Positions 27,818-41,621 are shown, counted from the whole stretch's first letter. The stretch is 63,400 bases of DNA, filler included, from Octopus bimaculoides (GCF_001194135.2; 10 parts of 9 records of this genome joined end to end with filler, not necessarily neighbours in it), one strand, 5' to 3'. Translations and numbers: made by a program. Notes: generated from the letters alone by a model not told the origin.

Positions 27818-28510
27818 TACTTAGACTGCGGCCTTGCTGGAGCACCACCTTGAAGAATTTTAGTCGAAGGTATCGACCCCAGTACTTGTGTATGTATGTA
27901 TGTACGTATGTATGTACGTATATATGTATGTATGTCTGTATATATATCTATATATATNNNNNNNNNNNNNNNNNNNNNNNNNNNNNNNNNNNNNNNNNNN
28001 NNNNNNNNNNNNNNNNNNNNNNNNNNNNNNNNNNNNNNNNNNNNNNNNNNNNNNNNNNNNNNNNNNNNNNNNNNNNNNNNNNNNNNNNNNNNNNNNNNNN
28101 NNNNNNNNNNNNNNNNNNNNNNNNNNNNNNNNNNNNNNNNNNNNNNNNNNNNNNNNNNNNNNNNNNNNNNNNNNNNNNNNNNNNNTTAAAACATTTTATT
28201 ACATTTAAATTTCTATCTTACAAACTGAAAAGGGAGCTTGACAAAATTAACTAAATTAGCATAGAATAACGGTTTCATATTTTTTTTTTTTTCATAATTA
28301 AGATCTAGACTGTAAATATATGAATGCAAAAGAGATAGTTGAATAACTGTAAACCTACTTTTGGGCCACCCTGTCTATATGAATGGCTTTTTTCAGTTTC
28401 CGTCTACCAAATCCACTCATAAGACTTGGGTCAGCGTGAGGCTACATTAGAAGATACTTGCCCAAAGTGCCACACGATGAAACTGAACCTGGTACCACAA
28501 CAGCCACGTC
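27818..28510 (-). mobile_element. Interrupted SINE family A copy
   Basis: Tail fragment 27818-27880 and head 28378-28510, separated by a microsatellite, a gap and a transposon fragment. Confidence 0.6.
28186..28376. mobile_element. Tc1/mariner-type terminal fragment
   Basis: Ends in acttttgggccaccctg, a typical reverse-complemented CAGGGTGG terminus, inside the TA-rich middle of a SINE-A copy. Confidence 0.4.
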
Positions 28511-28648
28511 TGTACTTTTGAAATATAAATCAACATGGAATTTAGATTAAAGGTGTTTGGGATTAGTTTAAAACAATGTCTGTACCATAGGACAATGGTC
28601 AGTCTGGTGAGGGTTGGTATGAAAGGGGTTAAGCCAGAAAGTTCCTTA

Positions 28649-29010
28649 GGCACGGGATTGTGTGGCTAAGAAGTTCGCTTGCTGCCACGTGGCTTCGGGT
28701 TCGGTCCCACTGTCCGGTACCCCCTTGGGCAAGTGTTTACTTCTATAGCCTGGACTGACCAATGCCTTGTAAGTAAATGTGTGCATTTGATAGAAGGAAA
28801 TTGTGGAAGCCTGTCGTGTAGATTTGTGTGTGTCTGTGTATGTGTGTGTGTGCGTGTGTTTGTGTGTCACATGCAAACACCGCTGACAACCGGTGTTCTA
28901 TTCGTCTACGTGCTTGAAACATAACGGTTCGACACGTGAGACAGAGAATCAATAGCAGACTTAAAGACACATGAACACCGGGTTGGATTCGTTCGATTAG
29001 ACCCCCCCCA
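28649..29010 (+). mobile_element. Diverged SINE family A-like copy
   Basis: ggcacgggattgtgtggctaag...gggttcggtcccactg...ccttgggcaagtg, internal (TG)n, tail gacaaccggtgtt...aacggttcg. Confidence 0.7.
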
Positions 29011-29103
29011 CACACACACACACACGCCTCGAGGCAGTCCATTGACCGAAATTTACAAGAATATAAAAGATTCTGGGTTGACCTGGAACTAAACAAAAGC
29101 ATC

Positions 29104-29137
<34 letters not shown>

Positions 29138-30761
29138 GCAGCAGCAACAACGATTAAATAGCAGCGCAGTTGTGAGGGCGAACCACTTGACTACAACTGG
29201 CACTCACCGCCCCACCCACCCTCCACACCCACCCTCGTGCCAATGTGTATGTCGTGGGGGGGGGGACATAAAAAATGCGAATAGGAAATGATTATAAGAA
29301 AAGACAACAAGAGGAAGGCGAGTTTTCAAGGGACAGCCAACTGTCGCTTTAGATAAGTGTTTTGAAATGTGGTGGGGAAAGGTTTTCACTTGGGTTTGGA
29401 TCTCGAACCAAACTGTGAAGTAAGGCGGCGGAGGGACTGATACAATGACTGCACGGTTGATTGAACAATGAGGGAGGGATAGAGAGGAGGAACGTCACTG
29501 GGTGAATGGTTCAATGAATCTGCAACGAGATCGTCGTTCACCGGATGACCGACTTGTCAACTGATGAATGTAAAATTACAAGTATAGTTTTCTATGTTAA
29601 TATAAACACACTCACACATACATACATACATATATACATACATACATACATAAAAAGTTCCAATGAAGGAGCCTTGAATTTATGTTAGAGTCCGGCTCTT
29701 TCTCTATGGACAAGAAATACAGAAATGAAACTGATTGATAACATACATACATACATACATACATACATACATACATACGTGAGGGTTAGTGTGTCTGCGC
29801 GTGTGTGTGTGTGTGTGTACATTTATTCTTTTTGAAAGTGACCTCGAAGTTTCGGTGAGTTAAGCCATAGTCGAACTGCGATGCATAAAAGTTAATTTTG
29901 GTTTATATAGTCTCTGCTGAGTAAAATCTTCCTTGGGTGTGTGTGTGTGTGTGTGTGTGTTTGAGTGGAGGAATAATTAGATCCGGGTGGTAAATTGTTA
30001 TGCAGAGGGGTATTGTACTCTAGAAAAAGTATAGAGTTACCCATCAGATTAAGGTAAAATTGTTTTTTTATTATAACTGAACATAAAAACAAGCATTAAT
30101 ACACACATACACACACGCACATACACAGACAAATGTTCATACACATACACACACACACATAGACAGAAGCTCACACACACACACACAAACACACACCCAC
30201 ACACAAACACACAAACACACACACACACACACAAGAAACTAAACATTCTATTTATATTATATCCATAAAATACATTTAACTTGTGTGATTATTTCGCTAA
30301 TTTAATCGATTTTTCGCTACAAGTTTTAATACATAGCTTGGAATGTGTGTGTGTGTGTGTGCGTGTGTGCGTATGCGTGTGTGTACGCTAGCGTGCGTGT
30401 GAGGGGAGACACGAATGTGTGTGTAGAACACATAAATCCACTCGACATGAAATACATGTAATACAAAACCGAGAAATGTTGTGACAGCTCGATAGTCTTA
30501 AAGACTGACAATAAAGAAGCCTTTCTTTACCTTGTGGCATGATCACCTGTGAACGGTATCGGAGTCTAAGGTTTTGAATCTTTTCAGCACTACTAAGTTT
30601 CCTCTATACCGAGAATAACTGGAGCTCGTCCGTGGGTCATATATATATATATATANNNNNNNNNNNNNNNNNNNNNNNNNNNNNNNNNNNNNNNNNNNNT
30701 TAATTAATTAANNNNNNNNNNNNNNNNNNNNNNNNNNNNNNNNNNNNNNNNNNNNCATGTT

Positions 30762-30845
30762 TTCCCTGATGAGAAGGTTACAATTTTAATATCAAAGATC
30801 CCTATGGATCACACAGGTTGTAATCCTTTGAAACATATGTAGGAA
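30762..30845 (+). ncRNA. Type I hammerhead ribozyme motif, canonical core
   Basis: Stem I TTCC(30762-65)/GGAA(30842-45). CTGATGA 30766-72. Stem II GAAGG-TTACAA / TTGTAA-T-CCTTT. GAAA 30830-33. Palindromic stem III ACATATGT. GUA cleavage triplet 30839-41, overlapped 3' by AATAAA at 30844-49. Confidence 0.75.
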
Positions 30846-31039
30846 TAAAGTATGCAATTATAATATACGTTTTCTCCAATCCTTAAATTCTTAAATATAC
30901 TCAAATACCCAACATTTCAAGGTGTTCCTGCCTTAAAAACAGAAGCTAACCACAGTTATTTTGTGTTCTTTGCTACATTGGTTTCTATTAACCCATTTAT
31001 TCTATCAGAGGAATTTTTATTCATTAACATAGAAGAAAT

Positions 31040-31079
<40 letters not shown>

Positions 31080-31394
31080 TTGTCTCTGTGTGCGCGCGCG
31101 CGCGTGTATGTGTGTGTATGCATGTAGAAGCTTCAAAAGTAACGCATATGTTGTTGTGTACGAGAAAAAAATAAGACAAAGTTGAAAATGATAAAATTGT
31201 GTTATCCTGAAGTACATTTTAGTACCGGTTGCCGTCATTTCAGACTTTTCAACTAAGAGCAAAATAAAAACAATTAAATTGGGAAAAAATTAATTGAAAT
31301 GATTTGTATATATATTCATAGTCTTTGAATAGGTAAATATTTCCATAGATTTCAGGCAGTCTGTCTCTCTCTCTATTCCATTGTGAATGCCTAA

Positions 31395-32022
31395 TAGGAT
31401 TGTATGTCTGGCTAAGAAGGAATATATTCAGAGACATGACAGAGCTGGGACCTATATACACTGGAAGCTATGCCAACACTATGGAATAACAACAGAAGAA
31501 AGATGGTATAAACACACGCCAGAAAAGGTCACAGAAAACGAGAAAGCAACCACACTCTGGGATATGCCAATACACACAGATAGAGAAATTAAGGCAAATA
31601 GACCAGCTAGAGTTGTCAAAGATCATCAAGCAAAAAAATGCTCTCTAATTGATGTATCAATACCAGCAGATGACAACGTTTCCCTAAAAGAAATGGAGAA
31701 ACTTTCAAAATACAAAGACCTGGAAACAGAGGTAACTCGAATGTGGAATCTAAAAACAGAAACAATTCCTATCATAGTAGGTGCCTTAGGTATAATAAAA
31801 AAAAGGATTTTTGAGAAAAATGCATGACAAAAACACCAGGACTTACAAATATATATAACATACAGAAAATTGCACTACTGGGCACTGCACACATCCTACG
31901 CAAAACACTTTCAATACAGTAACCATAAGAGCATCACAGCAAACCACAGCACATGCCCAAAGCACACAGAGCTGCGCTCGGTAGTGAAGTGAAAGCACGT
32001 TCTAAAAATTTAAAAACTGAAC

Positions 32023-32082
<60 letters not shown>
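31395..32082 (+). mobile_element. 5'-truncated R4/Dong-clade (RLE-type) non-LTR retrotransposon with (AAT)n tail
   Basis: LAKKEYIQRHD...LWDMPIHTDREIKANRPARVVKD...LIDVSIP...EKLSKYKDLE...IPIIVGALG, then after a frameshift IQKIALLGTAHILRKTLSIQ* (stop 31920-22). About 100-bp UTR, then (AAT)n at 32024-32082. Confidence 0.88.
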
Positions 32083-32083
<1 letters not shown>

Positions 32084-32295
32084 TCAAAATTAAAAGAAGA
32101 GTGCCATTGTTATCCAGTGAACGATATTTCGACATTTTATGTGTCTTCAACTGGTTCCAACAATTAATTTGTCAATCTAATTCATTTTGGTTAATATAGA
32201 AAGAAATGAGGTAACTCGTTCACTAGATAACAATAGCACTCTTCTTCTAAATTTGACTCTATATCTTCAGAAAGTGTTACCTCAATCCTTTCTAT

Positions 32296-32299
<4 letters not shown>

Positions 32300-32353
<54 letters not shown>

Positions 32354-33420
32354 GTAATATGAAAGTACAAGATCAACCCAGTAGATCTTGTACTTTCTGC
32401 TTTCTGTTGTCACACTGTTCACCCCGCTCCTCTTTTCTCTCGAACTGTCTCAAACCGAATAGGCTTTTGTAATGATATTCCTAGCATGGATCTTCCCCTG
32501 GCCCTTTGTGCCGTAGGCAATTTATGTCCTTTTCATTTCATAGTAACCCATGCCTCACATACGTATAAAAGTGCAAGTAGGTGGGTGCTCCTGAAGATTC
32601 TGTCACGTATGGCATTATCTAGTTTTGTATTGAGGTCATATTTTATCTAGTTAAACACCTTTCGTTTTTCCCTTATTCTATTTAAGATTTCAGCTTCCAT
32701 ATGTCGATGCACTTTCACTGTGTGCCTTAAGTAGACGTACTCCTCTATTTGGTTTGTGTTACCTCTCTGACAGCGTATATTTTCGCTTTCATAAAGTTCC
32801 TTTTATGTTTTGAGTGTCCAGCCGCGTCAGCATGATGTGCGGCTGGTCTGTCGTTTCAGCAAAGTGTACAATGTCATCTAGAAATCGGAGGAGTGTTAGT
32901 TAATCGCTGTTGACATTCAGGCCACCTATCCACACAATGACCTGATGACCAATGCAAGTCATGCAGCAAATAAATTCGGAAAGAAGGTATTTCCTAGCTT
33001 GACACCGTTCTCGGTTGTGATATTTGCTGGTGGTGATGGCAAGGCTATAAATGTTATGCACGTAGCGTTTGATGTATTGAACCGCGATACCACCTTCCTT
33101 TTCCAGAGAATTTAACACTGCGTTCATCTTGAAGCTATCGGAAGCGTTTTTCAAGTCAACAAAATTGATTCACAACGGATTCACAAAGTATGTTTCTTAC
33201 GGAAACATACCTGGTCTGTCGCCTGTTGGTCAACGAGCTGTATCGTCCTTTATGACGAACTTGTAGAAGTGAGACAAGAGGTCAATTGGGTGATAGTTTT
33301 TTAAATGTTCTTTATTGCCCTTCTTTTGTTGTAAGATGTAATTCCACACTTTTCTCAGTGAGAGTAATTTTTATCTCACTTAGATAACAATCGAAGCGTT
33401 GAGTAAGGATACTCCATAGT
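32300..33420 (-). mobile_element. Decayed RTE-clade LINE reverse transcriptase region with 3' tail
   Basis: Broken frames give KKGNKEHLKNYHPIDLLSHFYK, FVDLKNASDS and LRFLDDIVHFAET (RT motifs). Ends in a 14-bp hairpin and an (ATT)n tail at 32352-32300. Confidence 0.7.
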
Positions 33421-33429
33421 TTTTCACGT

Positions 33430-33720
33430 TGGAGTGAACTAAAAATGTTGATGAGGACTATAATTTCATGGTCAAAATATTAAAAGATGCACATGGAAAG
33501 CAAAAACAGCAAAACCAATGATACCCTGGTGGAAGAAACTCGGATAAGAAGAGGAAAATGAGAAAAGGAAAACTAGGTATAGGAACATAAAATATCACCT
33601 CGTGTACTGAGCTCTGTAAAGTAGGAACACCACATCTATAAAATGAATTCCAGAAACATGGACTGGCTGAAGAAGCTGATGCAGGTCACAGAGGAAATGA
33701 ATTGTTTAAAAAGATTAAGG
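33430..33720 (+). mobile_element. Possible RTE endonuclease/linker fragments in the opposite orientation
   Basis: NVDEDYNFMVKILKDA and KLGIGT*NITS resemble the RTE linker and the GTWNV endonuclease start. Heavily decayed. Confidence 0.35.
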
Positions 33721-35561
33721 AGAGGGCTGACTCTTTAAAGTTCGGAAGTGACGCTAATTAAGAAGATGCAAAGGGGAAATGGAGGAAGTGTGCAAAATCT
33801 TCTGCGCTAAACGTTTTAAAATCATCAGTGAATTACGATCATCCACTGACAGTAATGTTGGAAGAGGGGACCACCTATTCCTGTCAGGGAAATTGAAAAT
33901 GAATGTAAACTGGTGCCAACAGACAAATCTCTAGAGGAAAATTGCATCATAACAGAAATATTAATGTGTGGAAAAGAAAGCATAATTACATGTATACAGA
34001 GACAAATGCAAGCACTAAACAAGCATACATACTCTTTTAAGCACATAGACGCACAGACACACAAACACACACGTTCACATACACACACGTTCACATACAC
34101 ACACACACTCACACATATAATGGCATATATATGTATATGAAAGAAATATATGACAAAATTCAATTAGAAATTCGTGAAATTTTGCTATATGGATTGAGGG
34201 AAGATAATGCGCAAAATACATTCTACAAACAACACAGATATATCAAACTATGTTCATATTTTATTTCTGAAATATAAAGAACTATAATCTTTTCTGGAAG
34301 GCTACCTTTCATAGAATCAATATTTACCTGGAAAACTTTGCGTAGAATTATATGTATACTTATATTTCAAATAAACACAGACAATAGGAAATGCAGCAGT
34401 ATAGAATTTCTTTTTACTCACAGCAGCAAAATTTGAAAAAAATATCTTTATTTAGAAGCAATGATTTTATTTGGAAGCAAACGATTTATACAGTTGTTGT
34501 ATTAAAGTTTATTACATCTTGTTTTCTATGGTATTTTTGTTTACCTGACATACCGCTTTCTGTCACGCGCAAATGAGACACTTATAGTAAAGCCAACATC
34601 AAATATACAACATAAATATTGAGTGCTATCATACGTGAGTACACTTCTCTCAATAACATATTTAAGCAATGAGTATAATTATTTAAGCAGTTTTCCCAGA
34701 ATGTATATGAGCAAAATATAATCAACTATAATTGCTTTAGCTGGTAAGTGTCGAATATTTTGTTCGAAGTACATTTGTTATCCATATGATATCTTGTACA
34801 ATAGAATGGCTTGAGGAGGTTAGAAAAAAAGAAACAAATTCACCCGTAATTTAATGGAGGACGTTTCCTTTCTTCAAGAATACATGAGCATTCATATATT
34901 CCATAGATAACGGATACCTTCTGGCCAATATGTAGTATCCTACACAAATATAAATAAATTCTATATAAATAATTTAAACTAAGCATGATATTCACAGATG
35001 TACTTGATGGTAGAAGCTGAAAATACATTTTGAGGTTAATATCATGTCATATTGTTATGTACAGTGAACGTTAAGTTGCATTTCAGGCACACAATGAGTT
35101 ACACATAGGTTTTAAATGATTGAGGGTATAAGCTCATTTATCTGGCTGCACAATGATTTGTGCAATAAATAATACTCGAAATTAACTGAAGGCGTGGCAG
35201 TAAAAGGCACTGGCATGACTGTGTATAAATCTTGCTTCCCGACCACAGGCGTTCGGGTTCAGTCCAATGCGTGGCAACTTGGGCGAGTGATTTCGAATTT
35301 AGCCCTAGGGCGATCAAAGCCTGGCGAGTGGATTTGGTAGTAGGCAACTGAAAGAAACCCGTCCCGTAAATATATATATATATATATATATANNNNNNNN
35401 NNNNNNNNNNNNNNNNNNNNNNNNNNNNNNNNNNNNTTAATTAATTAANNNNNNNNNNNNNNNNNNNNNNNNNNNNNNNNNNNNNNNNNNNNAATACTAT
35501 GCAAATATTCTTTTAAACAACTTTTCATTTAATTTTTCTAAAATTCACTTGTTTTTCATAC

Positions 35562-35617
<56 letters not shown>

Positions 35618-35914
35618 TAGTTTAACGCTCGGGAACTGAGAAAGTCTTTTACGTTTCGAGCCTGTATGTAAATGTGTGTGTGTGTGAGTAGGGATTCCGC
35701 ACTGTTTCTAGCAGCCAAATTTATTTACACAGGATTGGACGGTTCGGCGCTATAGTGCGAGAACCTTGTCAAAATGCCTTCTGGAACGGTAGTGGCTCCG
35801 AAACCAGATTGCTGCATAATGAGCTTCTAAACAACACAGCTCATAGTTGCGCCGAAATCTGACAGGAATATAATGATTTCATCTAAGAATAGTATGAATT
35901 CTTATATATACTTT

Positions 35915-36240
35915 TATTTGTTGCAGTCATTTGATTGTGGCTATGCTGGAGCACCAGCTTAACGGGTTTTTAGTTGAACAAATCGACCCATGAAATTATA
36001 CTTTGTATGCGCAAGCTAGCTTACGGGGACTTAAACACACCAACATCGTTTGTCAAGCGATGGTAGGGGGTGAGACAAACACAGACATTTGTACACACAA
36101 GTATATATATATGTATTGGATGGGCTTCTTTCAGTTTCCGTCTACCAAATTCGCTCACAAGGCTTTGGCTGACAAGACACTTGCCTAAGTTGCCACGCAG
36201 TATGACTGAACCCGGAACCATGTGGTTGGGAAGCAACCTT
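35915..36240 (-). mobile_element. SINE family A copy with internal deletions
   Basis: Tail and head motifs colinear with 24922-25305. A separate plus-strand head lies at 35195-35370. Confidence 0.7.
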
Positions 36241-37405
36241 TCGATCTTCTACTGATTCAATCAGATAATGCCTTCAGTCTTTAAATGTCTTGACAACATA
36301 ATACAGAGCTTTCTCCGAAATGCAATCGTCCCGGAGTTTTTCTTCCCAATTTTTCTCATTATTTGTAAATTTCTATTAGTTGACATAAAATATCCTTCTC
36401 AGTTAATTATTATCAACTTAACATCTCTTGCTAATTAGGCTTACAGAACTGATGAACATCAACTTCGGAAGTACGGTAAACCAAACCCTTGTTACATGTG
36501 AAATTTTAATTCGTACAAAACGTTGCAACTGCCAGATCTGATCATAACTTTCATTTCAAAACCATATGGCGAACTTTGCCTTTCATCCGGTTATTATATA
36601 CAATTAAGTTGTTACATCGCATCCAGCCTTCCGGATTTATATTCTACTTCATTGTTAGGACGATAAAGGAGTTGAAACGATTGCAAACGTAACGTAATTT
36701 CATCTCTTTATATTCTGAACTTAAGTATATGAGTGTATGTGCGTGCGTGTGTGTATGTTTAATATGCGTATGCATGTATATATNNNNNNNNNNNNNNNNN
36801 NNNNNNNNNNNNNNNNNNNNNNNNNNNNNNNNNNNNNNNNNNNNNNNNNNNNNNNNNNNNNNNNNNNNNNNNNNNNNNNNNNNNNNNNNNNNNNNNNNNN
36901 NNNNNNNNNNNNNNNNNNNNNNNNNNNNNNNNNNNNNNNNNNNNNNNNNNNNNNNNNNNNNNNNNNNNNNNNNNNNNNNNNNNNNNNNNNNNNNNNNNNN
37001 NNNNNNNNNNNNNNNNNNNNNNNNNNNNNNNNNNNNNNNNNNNNNNNNNNNNNNNNNNNNNNNNNNNNNNNNNNNNNNNNNNNNNNNNNNNNNNNNNNNN
37101 NNNNNNNNNNNNNNNNNNNNNNNNNNNNNNNNNNNNNNNNNNNNNNNNNNNNNNNNNNNNNNNNNNNNNNNNNNNNNNNNNNNNNGCATAAATTTAAGTT
37201 GATTCAGATGTAATATTTGGATGTAAATGTGTTAAATTATTCTTGTTATGATTTTGGTTTTGCTGGGGGTTTTTTTCTGTTTGATATATTTCTTATTTTG
37301 TTGTGAATAACATTTGAGTCAGATATGCGAATTTGTTTGAACATATGTACATGTGCATATCTATAAATACATATACGTATACATACACACACACACTCAC
37401 ACACA

Positions 37406-37447
<42 letters not shown>

Positions 37448-38267
37448 TACATATACATAGATATACACACNNNNNNNNNNNNNNNNNNNNNNNNNNNNNN
37501 NNNNNNNNNNNNNNNNNNNNNNNNNNNNNNNNNNNNNNNNNNNNNNNNNNNNNNNNNNNNNNNNNNNNNNNNNNNNNNNNNNNNNNNNNNNNNNNNNNNN
37601 NNNNNNNNNNNNNNNNNNNNNNNNNNNNNNNNNNNNNNNNNNNNNNNNNNNNNNNNNNNNNNNNNNNNNNNNNNNNNNNNNNNNNNNNNNNNNNNNNNNN
37701 NNNNNNNNNNNNNNNNNNNNNNNNNNNNNNNNNNNNNNNNNNNNNNNNNNNNNNNNNNNNNNNNNNNNNNNNNNNNNNNNNNNNNNNNNNNNNNNNNNNN
37801 NNNNNNNNNNNNNNNNNNNNNNNNNNNNNNNNNNNNNNNNNNNNNNNNNNNNNNNNNNNNNNNNNNNNNNNNNNNNNNNNNNNNNNNNNNNNNNNNNNNN
37901 NNNNNNNNNNNNNNNNNNNNNNNNNNNNNNNNNNNNNNNNNNNNNNNNNNNNNNNNNNNNNNNNNNNNNNNNNNNNNNNNNNNNNNNNNNNNNNNNNNNN
38001 NNNNNNNNNNNNNNNNNNNNNNNNNNNNNNNNNNNNNNNNNNNNNNNNNNNNNNNNNNNNNNNNNNNNNNNNNNNNNNNNNNNNNNNNNNNNNNNNNNNN
38101 NNNNNNNNNNNNNNTTATGATATACGAAACTACTCAAGTACCTGCGTTGTACTTATTTTTATTTTCCCGGTAGGATTTACCAAATGACAAAGAAGAACCC
38201 TAACGGTATCGGGACGTGACTTGCCGCCTTCGAATTCTGTTATTTCTGCTATTCTTTAATCTAGCAA

Positions 38268-38299
<32 letters not shown>

Positions 38300-39153
38300 A
38301 TGTGAGTGTGTGTGTGTGTGTGTGTGTGCATGCATACATACATACATAAAAAAATACATTCCTTTTTAACGACATAACCGTATCTTTGATCAAAGGAAAC
38401 CCGTAAGAATGATCAAGGGATATTGACTGACCATCATTTGGAATTAGTAAAAATGGTAAATGCTTATTTCAAACCAGAAACTGAGAGAATTATCTAAAGG
38501 ATGTTGAAAAACAATTCCCTTAGATATATTTTAAGTGGAAGAAGAGGAAAATGTCTGTTAGTTCAGGCCTCACCAGCTCGGAATGTTTGTGTACAGTGTG
38601 AGATTTTTAGCTACAGCTTATTCTATCGAGCAAAATGGCCATTTAGTCAGGAACAAAAGAACCTCGTCCTTTGAAACATTGCTTTAAGTTCTACTCTGCT
38701 GCCGCCGCCATTACAATATCCCGTCACCTTATATCTACTGTTGATACTGTTGATGTTTCTGCAGCACATGATGTTGATGCTTTTACTTCTAATGTTTACT
38801 TCTGATATTGCCGATGTTGCTGACGCTGATATAACTGCTTGGTATTGTTGTTGTAATTGTGGTTCTGCTTATTGTTGTTGTTGTTGTTGTAGTTGTTGAT
38901 GCTGTTTTCCGCTAGATTTAAGACGCCATTGTTGCAGAGAAAAACTAAAGGTGTCCAGGAAATCAATTAGTTCTCTTGTTACAAAACTGTAAAACGGTGT
39001 GAAGTGAGTACGAGAGCCGTATCACTTCCGTCGGCGTGAACACCTATTATCGTCTGCTAACAAAATCGCCTTGGTAAAAGATAATAAAAACGTCCGCCTG
39101 AGAAGTTACCGTAAAAATATCTCCATCACTCATAAAACTATCCGACACTTAAT

Positions 39154-39225
<72 letters not shown>

Positions 39226-39439
39226 GACGATGGTAATAATAATAGCAATAACAATAAAGGCAAAATAAGGAATTAATTAGGGATTCAAACAAATACTTTC
39301 AAAGACATGTATCTCTCCCCTCATTTCCCCTTCTTCATCTCTCCTCCTCCTCTCTCTCTGTCTCTGTCTGTCTCACTCCCTCTTTCTACGTTATGGTCTT
39401 TTCAAGGGGAACGGCTGAATATTGGTAGGTAAGAAAGAA

Positions 39440-39495
39440 TGAAGAGGGCTTATTTTCTAGATCATTCTGTTAGGAAAATGCAAATAGTAACAGTA

Positions 39496-39568
<73 letters not shown>

Positions 39569-39584
39569 CAACAACAACAACAAC

Positions 39585-39637
<53 letters not shown>

Positions 39638-40075
39638 TAATAATAATAATAATAATAATAGGATCTTTCGCTTCTGTTTTTTTTTTTTTTCTGCCTAAAA
39701 TCCTTCGATGTCTTCATCGTGGTTTTCCTTTGTCGCGCTCTCGATCGCTCTTTCTTTCCTTATGTAGATGTGACGGATAAATATGAAGAGGCATCGTCGG
39801 TTTACTAATTTACTATAAAACATTGCGATCTCCCCCTATTAAGTCCTAATGACTGCACAGTCTAATGATTAACAAGTCGTGTAGAAATGTCTAAGTGAAT
39901 GGTGAGGTCTTGGATTGTATTCATTTATATTGTTTCTGTTATTTTTTTTTGTTTCTTTCTTTTTTATGTGTTTTGTAGTATTATTGTTTCTGGTTTTGGT
40001 TTGTTCTTATAGAAAAACCATCTTTGATCAAGTATATGTTGTAGATCAATTAAACAATGGTCAAAATAGCATTAC

Positions 40076-40143
<68 letters not shown>

Positions 40144-40460
40144 GCGATGAATGTGATGAGGTTGGCGATGGTGGCGAGGAAGGTGACGAAGGTGATGAGG
40201 GCGGGGTGATGATCGGGGCGATGATAATAGTGACGGGTGTGGTGTTGGTGTTGATGTTGGTGTTGGTGGTGGTGTTGGTGGTGGTGGTGTTCGGTCTTGC
40301 TTGTGATCACAGTGGTGGTAGTGATGATAACGGTGGTGGATGGATGGATGGGTGATGTGATTGTGGTGTTGATGGTTGTTGTGAAGGGTAAGATGGTGGT
40401 GGTGGTGGTGGTGGTGGTGGTGATGGGGAAGGTGTAGAAGGTGGTGATGGTGATAATGGC
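39440..40460. repeat. Compound trinucleotide microsatellites (AAT)n, (AAC)n, (GAT)n, (GGT)n
   Basis: Read directly from the sequence. Representative of the dozens of CA, TA, GA, TATC, TATG and triplet arrays across the window. Confidence 0.9.
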
Positions 40461-41162
40461 NNNNNNNNNNNNNNNNNNNNNNNNNNNNNNNNNNNNNNNN
40501 NNNNTTAATTAATTAANNNNNNNNNNNNNNNNNNNNNNNNNNNNNNNNNNNNNNNNNNNNTATACAGACATATATATATATATATACATATTGCGCGTGC
40601 GTCTGTGTGTGTGTGTGTGTGTGTGTGTAATATTCATGGAAGTGGCAGGCTCCACGAATCATAGTCAAGCCACATAGAATAAGAACTGAAACCAAATATA
40701 CACCGGCAATTAAGCTTTCTATGAAACCAAAATGTGAGTCCAACAAAATATATATTGTTTCGCCCGAGTGCATCGTCAGCGAATTCAAAAAGTGGTCTAA
40801 CTCAGAAAGAGGATTAGATAGAAGAATAGATTGTATAAAAAAAAAGAATAGTTGGTTATACCGATGCCTGGTTACATCTATAGACGTAGGTCTACTACGC
40901 TGAGACCTATTTAACTTTAGGTACATCTCATAGGGTAAAGGAAATTGTAAAAATCCAACGTTTCGTTGTAGCATGAAATGAAGAATGCTATGCCAATGAG
41001 AGGTTTGAAGCATCTTGAACGATCACCAATGTATATTTTAACCTAGATCTGGTGTAGTTTTCCAACCCCGTGTCTGTCTCTCTCTATTTTTTTAATCACT
41101 CCTACCTCTCTCTTCTGTTGCATGTATATACATATATATATATAATTACAAACATACATACG

Positions 41163-41195
<33 letters not shown>

Positions 41196-41401
41196 GTATA
41201 TGCATTTATAAATATATGTGTGTGTGTATATATATGTGTGTATGTATGTATCTATACACAAACAAACACAGAGGAATTTTGCATAAAAGATTACGTGCAT
41301 CCCTCCGTATATATGCGTGTGTATGCATAGATATACGTACCCACACACACATATAAACGTATACACTCATACACGTATGAATTTATGTATTAATAATTGC
41401 T

Positions 41402-41441
<40 letters not shown>

Positions 41442-41579
41442 TTCTCTCGCCCTCTCTCCTCTCTCTCACTCTCTCTCTCTCTCTCTACATGCATATAGAT
41501 AGTATGAGTGTGTATCTCTCTGCTGTGTGTGTATACATGTATATATATATATATATATTGCTTTGAGGGAGTGAGAGAG

Positions 41580-41621
<42 letters not shown>

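Noticed and set aside
30575-30640. Hammerhead-like motif (minus strand, CGGACGA-GCTC...GAG-GAAAC)
   Set aside because: Core and stem I are both mutated, so it cannot be told from chance.
39915-40355. Poly-Asp ORF resembling the makorin tail
   Set aside because: Pure (GAT)n/(GGT)n microsatellite with no domain and no ATG start.
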